Shown: positions 11,408-20,210 of the stretch, piece after piece | Layout of the letters: each line of letters begins with the position of its first letter | Position numbering within the stretch: the first letter of the stretch is position 1 | NCBI GenBank assembly: GCA_964497815.1 | Contig: CAZCFC010000001.1 | Span: forward strand, 1 to 43,774 | From: an uncultured Cypionkella sp. | Lineage (GTDB): Bacteria; Pseudomonadota; Alphaproteobacteria; Rhodobacterales; Rhodobacteraceae | Direction of reading: 5' to 3' | Length of the DNA: 43,774 nucleotides | Made by a program: the position numbers and the translations under genes | The notes under the pieces: model-generated | Databases searched by the model: none | What the model saw: only the letters and a program-made list of their open reading frames with translations | What the model was told of the DNA's origin: nothing

Positions 11408-11882
11408 GAGCGGGCCATTCCTGCGCAAGCGCATTCAGCAAAGGTGATGGTTCGGCGCAGGTTATGCGCGCCAACCGTCCGTCATCCTTTGCTGAAAGTT
11501 CGATTGAAATTGCACCCTTTGGCGCAAGCCTGCCCAGTCGATCCGGCCATTCGATCAGGCAAATCGCATCAGCGAACGCGTCATCCAAGCCCAATTCCAG
11601 AACTTCATCCGGGTGTGAAAGGCGATACAGATCAGCGTGCCAGATTTCCACATCGGCCTGATAGGTCTGCACCAAGGTGAAGGTGGGTGAGGGCACATCC
11701 TCGAATCGACCAAGGCGCGCGCGGATCAAGGCGCGGGCAAGTTGGCTTTTACCAGCACCAATTGGGCCAGCCAGCAGCAGGCAGTCACCTGCCCCAAGGT
11801 GTGCGGCCAGCCAAACGCCCAGCCGATCCGTCGCTGCCGCATCGGGCAGGGAAATTATGACATCATGAACAAGAGAAACCAT
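11400..11882 (-). CDS. tsaE: tRNA threonylcarbamoyladenosine biosynthesis ATPase TsaE
   Basis: GPIGAGKS, VPSPTFTLVQTY, HADLYRL, LIEWPDRL. Confidence 0.96.
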   Translation of the reverse strand: MVSLVHDVIISLPDAAATDRLGVWLAAHLGAGDCLLLAGPIGAGKSQLARALIRARLGRFEDVPSPTFTLVQTYQADVEIWHADLYRLSHPDEVLELGLDDAFADAICLIEWPDRLGRLAPKGAISIELSAKDDGRLARITCAEPSPLLNALAQEWPAHA

Positions 11883-11927
11883 GTTCTGAGTCTACCGCGC
11901 CCAATCGCCACCGCAAGCCGGAATGGA

Positions 11928-13505
11928 TCAGGCCTTTCGCCGTTTTGTCTCGGCAAGCTTGGATTGACCCACCTCAACCGTGGTCACAGCGCGAAATGTC
12001 GCCAAAGTTGCCCCTGCCGACAGCGGCGAGAACCGGCATTGGACCAGCCGGCCATCCAAAAGCCTTGCTTCTGCCTTCCAGCTTTCGCGATCACCGATGG
12101 TGGCGACATAATCTTCGACATCATTCCAAAGCCGACTTGCGGAAGACAGTGATCGCCAATGGGTTGCCAGGCTTCCAGCCGTACATTCTGCAAGTCCGGC
12201 TGCCGGGTCATGCCCCCACAGCGCACTATAGGCGGCGTTCGACATCACCAGTTGACCCGATTGCGCAAAGACGGCCACCGCCTCGTCCAATTCATCAATC
12301 ACTGCCTGACCCAGCTCCAGGTCGGCGCGATATCGACGCGTCCGCAGCATTTCAGTGGAAATGTCTTCAATCATCAGTGCCAGTGCGCCATTTGGATGGG
12401 GGCGGCCAACGACGCGATAGGTCTGGCCATCAGCAAGGTTCCAGGTTTCCTCATACAGACCCGATGCGGCGGCCTTTTCCATATCGACGATCTGCCGCCG
12501 CCAGCCCCGATAGTCTTTCGGTTCAGGCAGCATGTTGCGATCCCGCAGGGCATCCAGCACGGACAGGAAAGACGGACGCAGTGACAGAAAGTCTGCGGGC
12601 AAACCGGTCAGATCAAGCAGTGCCGGGTTGAACAGTTGCAGCTTGCGCTGTTTGTCAAAGATCGCCATACCGATGGGCAGCTGCGCAAAGGTCTTCGTCA
12701 GCGTCTGCATGAAGTCGCGCAGCGCTGTTTCGGCATGCACGGCTGCGTCGGCCGGAAGTGCGAAGATCAGCTGTAACTCGCCGTCTTGCTGGCAGATCAG
12801 GTCGAACCACCGCGATGGCTGTCCTGCCTGCTGCACGCACTGACGTTGCCCGGCCACCCCCTGCGCAACGGCTGTCTTTTCAAAAACCCTGTGCAACGGC
12901 CAGCCCCACTCTTGGCCTTGTCGCGGAAGTTGGCTTGCCAGGATCAGATAGCCCGCGTTGGCCCAGACCACCTCTCCGGCAGCTGTCTCACGCCATATCA
13001 GAACCGGGGCCTGAGCAAGCGTGTCGCGCAGGGTCGCCAATTCGTCCGTCATTGCCTGTTGTGCCAGGGGATCCATACCGACAGTGTGGTCGCCACTGGC
13101 TGGATCAGACAGAACGATTCTGGTCAACCCGCCGCTATGCTCTGCCTGCAACAGCAAGGGTCGTCCGCGTTCGGGCCGTGATGTCATTGTCAGGCAGCCA
13201 ACCTCGGGCAGGCGCTGTAGCGCCGCCTCAACATCCGCAAAACGGCCTGACAGAAAAGACTGAAGCCGCACCCAGGGGCCGCCACGAATTGCGGTGTTCG
13301 TCAACAGCGCCCGCGCGCCCGGGGTGCTGTCAATCAGGACTTCGCCGTCGAACAGAAAGACAGAGCCCGCGTTGGTATGACTGAACAGCCCTGATCGCGG
13401 CGCGATTTTGCCGGTGGACAGCAAATGCAAACCGATCACCCCGGCAAGCGCGGCCAATATCGCAACGCCAACCACCCCAACCGCTTGCAGCCAATCTATC
13501 GCCAT
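11928..13505 (-). CDS. Membrane-anchored multi-PAS protein without kinase domain (Rhodobacter DivL-like)
   Basis: N-terminal hydrophobic helix, PAS-like repeats (VVWANAGY; LPIGMAIFD..QLFNPALLDL; VAVFAQSGQLVMSNAAY..LW), no H-box or ATPase domain; between regB and tsaE like R. capsulatus divL. Alternative GTG start at 13532. Confidence 0.8.
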   Translation of the reverse strand: MAIDWLQAVGVVGVAILAALAGVIGLHLLSTGKIAPRSGLFSHTNAGSVFLFDGEVLIDSTPGARALLTNTAIRGGPWVRLQSFLSGRFADVEAALQRLPEVGCLTMTSRPERGRPLLLQAEHSGGLTRIVLSDPASGDHTVGMDPLAQQAMTDELATLRDTLAQAPVLIWRETAAGEVVWANAGYLILASQLPRQGQEWGWPLHRVFEKTAVAQGVAGQRQCVQQAGQPSRWFDLICQQDGELQLIFALPADAAVHAETALRDFMQTLTKTFAQLPIGMAIFDKQRKLQLFNPALLDLTGLPADFLSLRPSFLSVLDALRDRNMLPEPKDYRGWRRQIVDMEKAAASGLYEETWNLADGQTYRVVGRPHPNGALALMIEDISTEMLRTRRYRADLELGQAVIDELDEAVAVFAQSGQLVMSNAAYSALWGHDPAAGLAECTAGSLATHWRSLSSASRLWNDVEDYVATIGDRESWKAEARLLDGRLVQCRFSPLSAGATLATFRAVTTVEVGQSKLAETKRRKA

Positions 13506-13558
13506 CAACCATCCCCACAGAGAATAAGCCACACTGCGTGCAACTTAGGGGAGATATT

Positions 13559-13574
13559 GTTAATGGGACGTTAA
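13559..13574 (-). promoter_or_regulatory. Full CtrA binding box upstream of the DivL-like gene
   Basis: Minus strand TTAA-CGTCCCA-TTAAC, exact TTAA-N7-TTAAC consensus in a GC-rich genome. Confidence 0.8.
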
Positions 13575-13598
13575 GATCACTGCCAGTACCCCCAGGTC

Positions 13599-14984
13599 TT
13601 ACTCAAATCGTTGATTTTCACCCAAGGCCGAACCACGTGAAACCACCAGTGCCGCAGCGGGCCATATGGCCTCGACAATCGCACCGCTGCGGTCTGGACG
13701 TTCATCCGCAGCCAGAAACGGATCGCCCGCATTGGCGAACGACAATTCCGCGCCCGTCCGCTCCAGCAGTGTCTTGGCTATGAACAGGCCAAGACCCATT
13801 CCCTCATATCCCGGCCGAGATTCGGCCGCCGTCGACATCGGCCTGAAGCGCACAAAAGGATCACCAAGGCGGCCCAGCACCTGAGTTGGAAACCCGTTGC
13901 CATCATCAATGATGCGGATGGTCAGTTGATCAGCGGTCCATTGCCCGTCCACCCAAACTCTGTGGCGGGCAAAGTCCACGGCGTTCTGCACAAGATTGCG
14001 CAGACCATGAATCAGTTCTGGCCTGCGCAAGATGATCGGCTCTGGCGCGTCACTGCCGGGGCCGGGCGCAAAGCTGAAAATCACGTCCTTGCCGCGCGCC
14101 ACATGCGGTTCTGCTGCCTCATGCAGAACGGCGCTAATCGGTGCCTGACGCATATGCAGGTCGTCCTTGCCGGCCTTGCCCATCGACCTCAGAATGTCGC
14201 GGCAGCGGTCGGCTTGATCGCGGATAAGCCGGGCATCGTCTTGCAGATCGGCATTTCCCGCCAATTCGTCGATCATCTCTGTGCTGACCAGCTTGATCGT
14301 CGCCAAAGGGGTCCCAAGTTCATGTGCGGCAGCCGCCACCACGCCGCCCAGATCGGTCAGTTTCTGTTCCCGCGCCAAGGCCATCTGAGTGGCCAAAAGC
14401 GCATCAGACATCGACCGCATCTCGGTTGCGATGCGGCGCGAGTATATGCCAAGAAACGCTATGCCGATCACGATGGACAGCCAGAAGCCAAACTCGAACA
14501 ACCCCGGTATCTGAAACACCGTGCCATCCGCAAAGCGCAGCGGCACGTTGACCAGCCCGATCAGCGTCACAAACACGGCAGCCAGCGTGCCCAGTGCGAA
14601 AATCGCCCGCAGTTCAAGCGCACTGGCCGATACCGTCACCGGGGCAAGGATCAACAGGGCAAAGGGGTTGGTCAATCCGCCCGTCAGGTACAACAGGAAC
14701 GACAACTGCGACAGATCGAACACCAAGGTCAGGATGGCTTCGGACTCGGTCAGGCGCTTGTTTTCGGGAAAGACAAAGACCGATACAAGATTGGCGATCA
14801 CTGCCGACCCGATTGCCAGATAGCAAAGCCCCAAGGGCAATTGCAGGCCGTAATAGCGGTGGGCAAAGGTCAGTGCGGCCAATTGCCCCATAATTGCCAG
14901 CCAACGCAGCAATATCAGCGTGCGCAGACGCAGCCAGTCGCTGCGTTCAGGCCGAAGTGATGGGCTGGGGCCGGTATCGGTCAT
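13599..14984 (-). CDS. regB: Redox sensor histidine kinase RegB/PrrB
   Basis: LRLRTLILLRW, quinone-binding GGLTNPF, H-box AHELGTPLATI, redox Cys DRCRDIL, N box NLVQNA, GMGLGLFI; start trimmed to ATG 14984. Confidence 0.97.
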   Translation of the reverse strand: MTDTGPSPSLRPERSDWLRLRTLILLRWLAIMGQLAALTFAHRYYGLQLPLGLCYLAIGSAVIANLVSVFVFPENKRLTESEAILTLVFDLSQLSFLLYLTGGLTNPFALLILAPVTVSASALELRAIFALGTLAAVFVTLIGLVNVPLRFADGTVFQIPGLFEFGFWLSIVIGIAFLGIYSRRIATEMRSMSDALLATQMALAREQKLTDLGGVVAAAAHELGTPLATIKLVSTEMIDELAGNADLQDDARLIRDQADRCRDILRSMGKAGKDDLHMRQAPISAVLHEAAEPHVARGKDVIFSFAPGPGSDAPEPIILRRPELIHGLRNLVQNAVDFARHRVWVDGQWTADQLTIRIIDDGNGFPTQVLGRLGDPFVRFRPMSTAAESRPGYEGMGLGLFIAKTLLERTGAELSFANAGDPFLAADERPDRSGAIVEAIWPAAALVVSRGSALGENQRFE

Positions 14985-15068
14985 GTGACGGCTGGCCTTT
15001 TGTCTGGGTTTGCGATTGATAAGGGGGGTATCTTCAGGGATCAATGCGGAAAGGTCGGAGGCAGTGAT

Positions 15069-15683
15069 ATGACAAAGATTTATGCAGCTTTGGCGGTGGC
15101 GGCCGTTGCGGGTCTTTTGGGTGGCACAGCCTGGTCGGTCTGGCAGTCCCGGTCCAACGATCCCTACGCTGATTGCCGGGGTGGGGCCGTTGGTGGTGGC
15201 GAAATTGGTGGCGCCTTTACCTTGGTCGATAAAACCGGCGCGACGGTGACGGACAAGGATGTCATCACCAAGCCGACGCTGGTCTATTTTGGCTATACAT
15301 TCTGCCCCGATGTCTGCCCGCTGGACAATGCACGCAACGCCGAGGCGGTGGATATTCTGGACGAGAAAGGCATCGAGGTGACGCCTCTGTTCATCTCGAT
15401 TGACCCGGAACGGGATACGCCGCAGGTGGTTGGGGAATTTGCTGCCAATCTGCACCCGCGCATGGTTGGGCTTACCGGCTCTGCCGAACAGGTCAAAGCT
15501 GCATCTCTGGCCTATAAAACCTACTATAAAAAGCAGGACAGCGGCGATGAGTTCTATCTGATGGACCATTCGACATTCACCTACCTGGTGCTGCCGGGCC
15601 AAGGGTTCGTTGAATTCTACAAGCGGGATGACAGCGCCGAAAGCATGGCCAACAGCGCCGCCTGCTTTATTTCCAAAAGCTAA
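15069..15683 (+). CDS. senC: SCO1/SenC copper chaperone (PrrC)
   Basis: YFGYTFCPDVCP, SIDPERDT, MDHS; N-terminal TM anchor; GGAGG RBS; between regB and regA. Confidence 0.96.
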   Translation: MTKIYAALAVAAVAGLLGGTAWSVWQSRSNDPYADCRGGAVGGGEIGGAFTLVDKTGATVTDKDVITKPTLVYFGYTFCPDVCPLDNARNAEAVDILDEKGIEVTPLFISIDPERDTPQVVGEFAANLHPRMVGLTGSAEQVKAASLAYKTYYKKQDSGDEFYLMDHSTFTYLVLPGQGFVEFYKRDDSAESMANSAACFISKS

Positions 15684-15697
15684 GATGCCACAGGGGT

Positions 15698-15726
15698 TTG
15701 ACCCCGGTGGCCTTGCGGCCTAGGTT
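15698..15726 (+). promoter_or_regulatory. Putative sigma-70 promoter directly upstream of regA
   Basis: TTGACC-N17-TAGGTT in the senC-regA gap. Confidence 0.6.
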
Positions 15727-15755
15727 CAACACAGACAGCAAAATCGGAGGGTTTC

Positions 15756-16310
15756 ATGGCGGAAGAGCTTGGCGCGGAATTGGGGCCTGACCGCAGTTTG
15801 CTGTTGGTTGACGACGATGAGGCCTTTGTCAAACGTCTGGCAAAGGCGATGGAAAAGCGCGGCTTCCTGCCCGAAACCGCAGGATCTGTTGCCGCTGGCC
15901 GCGCCATAGCCATTGCCCGCCCGCCGGCCTATGCCGTGGTTGACCTGCGGCTTGAAGATGGCAACGGGCTGGACGTGGTTGAAATCCTGCGGGACAGACG
16001 CCCCGATTGCCGCATCGTTGTGCTGACAGGATATGGGGCAATTGCCACTGCCGTTGCAGCGGTGAAAATTGGTGCAAATGATTACCTGTCCAAGCCGGCC
16101 GATGCCAATGACGTGACAAACGCGCTGCTGTCCAAAGGTGAATCCTTGCCGCAGCCGCCGGAAAATCCGATGTCAGCCGACCGCGTTCGCTGGGAGCATA
16201 TTCAGCGCGTCTATGAAATGTGCGACCGCAACGTTTCTGAAACCGCACGCAGGCTTTCGATGCACCGCCGCACTTTACAGCGTATTTTGGCGAAACGGAG
16301 TCCAAAATAA
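15756..16310 (+). CDS. regA: Response regulator RegA/PrrA
   Basis: LLLVDDD, VVDLRL, LTGYGAIATAVAAVK, PPENPMSADRVRWEHI, NVSETARRLSMHRRTLQRILAKRSP. Confidence 0.98.
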   Translation: MAEELGAELGPDRSLLLVDDDEAFVKRLAKAMEKRGFLPETAGSVAAGRAIAIARPPAYAVVDLRLEDGNGLDVVEILRDRRPDCRIVVLTGYGAIATAVAAVKIGANDYLSKPADANDVTNALLSKGESLPQPPENPMSADRVRWEHIQRVYEMCDRNVSETARRLSMHRRTLQRILAKRSPK

Positions 16311-16380
16311 GGCGGCGTTGATTGCGCTATTCGAATTCATGCCCTAAAAGGCTGCATCCAATCCAGGAAGGGATGCTTCA

Positions 16381-16695
16381 ATGTCTGTTGATCTTAACAC
16401 CCTGTCGCTTAAAGAATTGAAAGAGCTGCAATCCCAGGTGGCCAAAATGATTGCGGGCTTTGAAGACCGCAAGAAAAAGGAAGCCATCGCAGAGCTTGAA
16501 GAACGGGCCCGTACTTTGGGTTTCAGCCTTGCGGAACTGACCGGAACGGTTGTCGCTCGTAAGCGCGCTCCGGCCACTGCCAAATATGCAAACCCTGCCA
16601 ATCCGACTGATACCTGGTCGGGCCGTGGTCGCAAGCCGCGCTGGTTTGACGCCGCTTTGAAAGCTGGCAAACGGCCGGATGACATGGCCGTCTGA
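16381..16695 (+). CDS. hvrA: H-NS family nucleoid protein HvrA/Spb
   Basis: N-terminal coiled coil, AKYANP..TWSGRGRKPRW H-NS motif; immediately after regA. Confidence 0.92.
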   Translation: MSVDLNTLSLKELKELQSQVAKMIAGFEDRKKKEAIAELEERARTLGFSLAELTGTVVARKRAPATAKYANPANPTDTWSGRGRKPRWFDAALKAGKRPDDMAV

Positions 16696-16698
16696 CAG

Positions 16699-17286
16699 TT
16701 AAAGTCTGGCCATAAGTGCCGCATGACGCGCGACGAAATCCGCCCGCACAATTGCGGGCGGCCGCAGTTTTATCTCAAGCCCGCGCAACAGTGCAGAGTT
16801 CGGGCGTCCGAACAGCTTGTCGGACTCGGCTTCGCTAAAGCCTGCGATCTGCACGGCCTCAAGCCATGCAGATATCCTGTCAGCTGATTTGATGGCCTGT
16901 TTGATCTGAACGGGCAGGACTGCGGGCAAGCCAAAACGCAAATGAACCGCTGCAGTCAGGCGCAAATCCAGCTCTCCATAGCCCGGCCCCACAGCCGCCT
17001 TCACCGGGCTTATCATGTCGCCAATGACATATTCAGGGGCGTCGTGCAGCAGGGCGGCCAATTGCCATTTCGGCTCTTGCCCGGTTTGTCGGGTGAATAT
17101 CTCTTCAACCAGGATCGAATGTTCGGCCACCGAATAGGCCCAATCGCCGCGTGTTTGGCCATTCCAGCGGGCAACAAAGGCCAGCCCGTGCGCGATATCT
17201 TCGATTTCAATGTCCATCGGCGTCGGGTCCAACAGGTCCAACCTGCGGCCCGATAACATCCTTTGCCATGCGCGGGATTGCTTCAT
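16699..17286 (-). CDS. HD-domain hydrolase (YfbR-like)
   Basis: [44 protein letters not shown]; alternative start at 17298. Confidence 0.9.
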   Translation of the reverse strand: MKQSRAWQRMLSGRRLDLLDPTPMDIEIEDIAHGLAFVARWNGQTRGDWAYSVAEHSILVEEIFTRQTGQEPKWQLAALLHDAPEYVIGDMISPVKAAVGPGYGELDLRLTAAVHLRFGLPAVLPVQIKQAIKSADRISAWLEAVQIAGFSEAESDKLFGRPNSALLRGLEIKLRPPAIVRADFVARHAALMARL

Positions 17287-17392
17287 CACTGTCCTCATTC
17301 TGCCGTATTTTTCTGACAGGCGCGCGCCTTGTTGTCGAGTGGGGCAACAAGTGCTATTTGCCCGGCAACCACAGGATCAAGGAGTGCGGCGC

Positions 17393-18781
17393 ATGCCGAA
17401 GGATTACATCGTTAAAGATATCGCTCTGGCCGAGTTTGGCCGCAAGGAATTGACCATCGCTGAAACTGAAATGCCGGGTCTGATGGCCGTGCGCGAAGAG
17501 TTTGGCGCAGCGCAGCCATTGAAAGGCGCGCGGATTGTCGGCTCGCTGCACATGACCATTCAGACTGCCGTTCTGAATGAAACGCTGGTGGCGCTGGGCG
17601 CAGATGTGCGCTGGGCCTCATGCAACATCTTTTCGACCCAGGATCACGCGGCTGCGGCAATTGCTGCCGGTGGCACACCGGTCTTCGCCGTAAAGGGCCA
17701 GACGCTGACCGAGCATTGGGATTACCTTGACCGCTCTTTCATGTTCCCCGAGGGTGCGAACATGATCCTTGATGATGGCGGTGATGCCACTTTGTACGTG
17801 CTGTTCGGCGCGCGGATGGAAGCGGGCGAAGATCTTCTGGCTGTTCCGCAGTCCGAAGAAGAAGAGGTCATCAAGCTGCAAATCCAGAAGCGGATGAAGC
17901 AAAGCCCCGGCTGGTTCACAAAGACCCGCGCCGCTATCAAGGGTGTGTCGGAAGAAACCACCACGGGCGTTCACCGCCTTTACGATCTGCACAAAAAGGG
18001 CCAACTGCCCTTCCCGGCCATCAACGTGAACGACTCTGTCACCAAGTCGAAGTTCGACAACAAATATGGCTGCAAGGAATCGCTGGTCGATGGCATCCGC
18101 CGCGCAACCGACACCATGATGGCCGGCAAGGTTGCTGTGGTCTGTGGTTACGGTGATGTGGGCAAAGGCTCGGCGGCGTCGCTGCAGGGCGCTGGCGCGC
18201 GCGTCAAGGTGACCGAAGTTGACCCGATCTGCGCGTTGCAGGCGGCGATGGATGGCTTTGAAGTTGTGCTGCTGGAAGACGTGGTTTCGGCCGCCGACAT
18301 CTTCATCACAACCACCGGCAACCGCGACGTCATTCGCATCGAGCATATCCGCGAGATGAAAGACATGGCGATCGTTGGCAACATCGGCCACTTTGACAAT
18401 GAAATTCAGGTTGCCGCGCTGAAGAACCACAAGTGGACCAACATCAAAGAACAAGTCGACATGATCGAAATGCCGAACGGCAATCGCATCATTCTGCTGT
18501 CCGAAGGCCGCCTCTTGAACCTTGGCAATGCCACAGGCCACCCGTCGTTCGTGATGTCTGCATCTTTCACCAATCAGGTTCTGGCGCAGATTGAACTTTG
18601 GACCAAGGGTGAGAACTATCAGCCCGGCGTTTACATTCTGCCAAAGGAACTGGACGAAAAAGTTGCCCGCCTGCACCTGAAGAAAATCGGCGTAAAGCTG
18701 ACGGAACTGCGCAAGGATCAGGCCGACTATATCGGCGTCAAGATTGAAGGCCCGTTCAAATCGGAACACTACCGCTACTAA
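17393..18781 (+). CDS. ahcY: Adenosylhomocysteinase
   Basis: [55 protein letters not shown]-terminal HYRY; AAGGAG RBS before ATG 17393. Confidence 0.99.
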   Translation: MPKDYIVKDIALAEFGRKELTIAETEMPGLMAVREEFGAAQPLKGARIVGSLHMTIQTAVLNETLVALGADVRWASCNIFSTQDHAAAAIAAGGTPVFAVKGQTLTEHWDYLDRSFMFPEGANMILDDGGDATLYVLFGARMEAGEDLLAVPQSEEEEVIKLQIQKRMKQSPGWFTKTRAAIKGVSEETTTGVHRLYDLHKKGQLPFPAINVNDSVTKSKFDNKYGCKESLVDGIRRATDTMMAGKVAVVCGYGDVGKGSAASLQGAGARVKVTEVDPICALQAAMDGFEVVLLEDVVSAADIFITTTGNRDVIRIEHIREMKDMAIVGNIGHFDNEIQVAALKNHKWTNIKEQVDMIEMPNGNRIILLSEGRLLNLGNATGHPSFVMSASFTNQVLAQIELWTKGENYQPGVYILPKELDEKVARLHLKKIGVKLTELRKDQADYIGVKIEGPFKSEHYRY

Positions 18782-18799
18782 GCGATTGGAAAATCAGCA

Positions 18800-18825
18800 A
18801 AAGGCCCGGTTTGCGCCGGGCCTTT
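18800..18825 (+). terminator. Intrinsic terminator after ahcY
   Basis: AAAGGCCCGG-TTTGCG-CCGGGCCTTT perfect 10-bp stem. Confidence 0.8.
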
Positions 18826-18952
18826 CGTGTTGGGGGGAAAGCCGCTTTACAATTCCCTTTGTGCGCCGTGTCCCTTGGCCTAAGCTGTGTCCACATTCTG
18901 CCGGTCAACGGCGGATTTGTCATGTTTCGAACAGTAACAAGGGACACCTCGA

Positions 18953-19297
18953 ATGAGCAAGCGTGACGAACTGATTGCCCAATACGCCGATGATTTGAAG
19001 ACAAAATGCAAAATTACTCCTGATATGGATCTGCTGACCAAAGTGACCATCGGTTGTGGTCCTGCGATTTATAACGCCGATTCTCAGACCGTTGCCGCCA
19101 GCGATCAGGCTGAATTGGAAACCGTGAAAAAGAACTTCCTGATGAAAAAGCTGGGTCTTGCCGACAGCCCGGCTTTGATGGAGGCGATCAGCGCCGTGAT
19201 CGACACCTATGGCCGGTCCGAGCGCAACAAGTTCCGCGCCGTGATCTATTATATGCTGACCAAGCATTTCGGCAAAGAGTCGGTCTACAACAAGTAA
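18953..19297 (+). CDS. DUF2853-family small protein
   Basis: MSKRDELIAQY..LLTKVTIGCGPAIYNAD..ELETVKKNFLMKKLGL..RNKFRAVIYYML; strong host codon usage; AAGGGA RBS. Confidence 0.85.
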   Translation: MSKRDELIAQYADDLKTKCKITPDMDLLTKVTIGCGPAIYNADSQTVAASDQAELETVKKNFLMKKLGLADSPALMEAISAVIDTYGRSERNKFRAVIYYMLTKHFGKESVYNK

Positions 19298-19314
19298 TCC
19301 GCGCCAATTCCGCA

Positions 19315-19342
19315 AACGCCCGTCTGGCCACAGGCGGGCGTT
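19315..19342 (+). terminator. Stem-loop after the DUF2853 gene (probable terminator)
   Basis: AACGCCCGTCTG-GCCA-CAGGCGGGCGTT. Confidence 0.65.
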
Positions 19343-19381
19343 ATGCATTGGCCTTTAGCTTAAGTTTTCAACGCTCTGCAT

Positions 19382-19410
19382 TTGCACGGGAGGCGATTCC
19401 CGGCTAGGTT
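19382..19410 (+). promoter_or_regulatory. Putative sigma-70 promoter with no downstream plus-strand CDS
   Basis: TTGCAC-N17-TAGGTT; same -10 hexamer as the trxA and regA candidate promoters. Confidence 0.6.
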
Positions 19411-19416
19411 GATCAG

Positions 19417-19520
19417 GCCGGGCAGTATGCCCAAGACCTTTCGAACAGAACACGTGTGGTGCTAAGGGAGCACGTGGGGTGGATGGGGGGTCTTCTAGGG
19501 GTAGAGGTCCCCCCGTTTCC
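19417..19520 (+). ncRNA. Candidate ~100-nt small RNA (three stem-loops, the last terminator-like)
   Basis: Promoter at 19382-19410; hairpins GGGCA-GTA-TGCCC (19420-19432), CAC..GTGCT-AAGGG-AGCAC-GTG (19451-19476), GGGGGGTCTTCTA-GGGG-TAGAGGTCCCCCC then GTTTCC (19485-19520). Confidence 0.55.
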
Positions 19521-19521
19521 G

Positions 19522-19941
19522 TTACGGGGTCACGCCACCCATGCCGCAGACAATCCGCCATTCGTCTGGCGTCACCGGTTGGACGGACAGGCGCGCGTTG
19601 TTGATCAGAACCATTTTTTCCAACCCAGGCTGCACCTTGCACTCCTCCAAAGTCACGGGCCGCGCAAAGGCGCGCAGCGCCCTGACGCACACACAATCCC
19701 AGCGCGGATCGTCGGTCGTGGTGTCCGGGGCCGAGGTGCGGCACACCTCGACAATCCCCACCACTGCTTTGCCGATGTTAGAGTGGTAGAAGAACCCAAG
19801 GTCGCCCACCTGCATCGCCCGCATGTTGTTGCGCGCCTGATAGTTGCGCACGCCGTGCCATTCCTCGCCCACAGCTCCGCGCGCCACCTGATCAATCCAA
19901 CCCCAGGTATCAGGCTCGGACTTGAACAGCCAGTGATTCAT
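19522..19941 (-). CDS. EVE domain-containing protein
   Basis: WLFKSEP, WHGVRNYQARN, GDLGFFYHS, RLSVQPV; 4-nt overlap with yciI-like gene. Confidence 0.93.
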   Translation of the reverse strand: MNHWLFKSEPDTWGWIDQVARGAVGEEWHGVRNYQARNNMRAMQVGDLGFFYHSNIGKAVVGIVEVCRTSAPDTTTDDPRWDCVCVRALRAFARPVTLEECKVQPGLEKMVLINNARLSVQPVTPDEWRIVCGMGGVTP

Positions 19942-20207
19942 CCGATCACCTTTTTCCATTCGCTGATCATCACGGATTCAAACAACCCCGCTTTGGCATA
20001 AGGGTCTGCGTCGGCCCATGCCTGCGCATCGGCCAGACTTTCCACGTTCAAGATCACCAGACTGCCCGTCATCGCGCCGTCATTCAGAAATGGCCCCGCC
20101 ATTTCCACCACGCCCGAAGTCTCGATATGCGCCAGATGGGCGCTGCGATTGTCCAGACGGGTTTGCAGTTGGCCGGGTTTGTCTTTGCAGATAAGGGCGA
20201 CGCGCAT
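19938..20207 (-). CDS. YciI family protein
   Basis: DKPG..R..NR.AHL, AGP, GSL, DPY..AGLF. Confidence 0.92.
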   Translation of the reverse strand: MRVALICKDKPGQLQTRLDNRSAHLAHIETSGVVEMAGPFLNDGAMTGSLVILNVESLADAQAWADADPYAKAGLFESVMISEWKKVIG

Positions 20208-20210
20208 GTG

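Noticed and set aside
14985-15068. RegA autoregulatory site between regB and senC
   Set aside because: The RegA consensus is degenerate and GC-rich; no convincing match could be singled out by eye
14985-15602. N-terminal extension of RegB to 667 aa in the ORF track
   Set aside because: Overlaps senC on the opposite strand; RegB homology begins at ATG 14984. Similar over-extensions were trimmed for trxA, ahcY, hemD, tsaD, murU, lactonase, glcG-like and hpcH genes
17287-17392. SAH or SAM/SAH riboswitch upstream of ahcY
   Set aside because: The gap is only ~105 nt, is shared with a divergent promoter, and lacks a recognisable riboswitch core; a covariance-model scan would be decisive
19522-19941. 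EVE domain as part of a modification-dependent defence system
   Set aside because: Stand-alone EVE in the usual tsaD-gpsA-yciI-EVE housekeeping operon with no fused or adjacent nuclease
19355-20001. ORFs 19355-19744 (-) and 19456-20001 (+) crossing the candidate sRNA
   Set aside because: Both overlap the EVE gene in another frame or strand and show no protein-like signature
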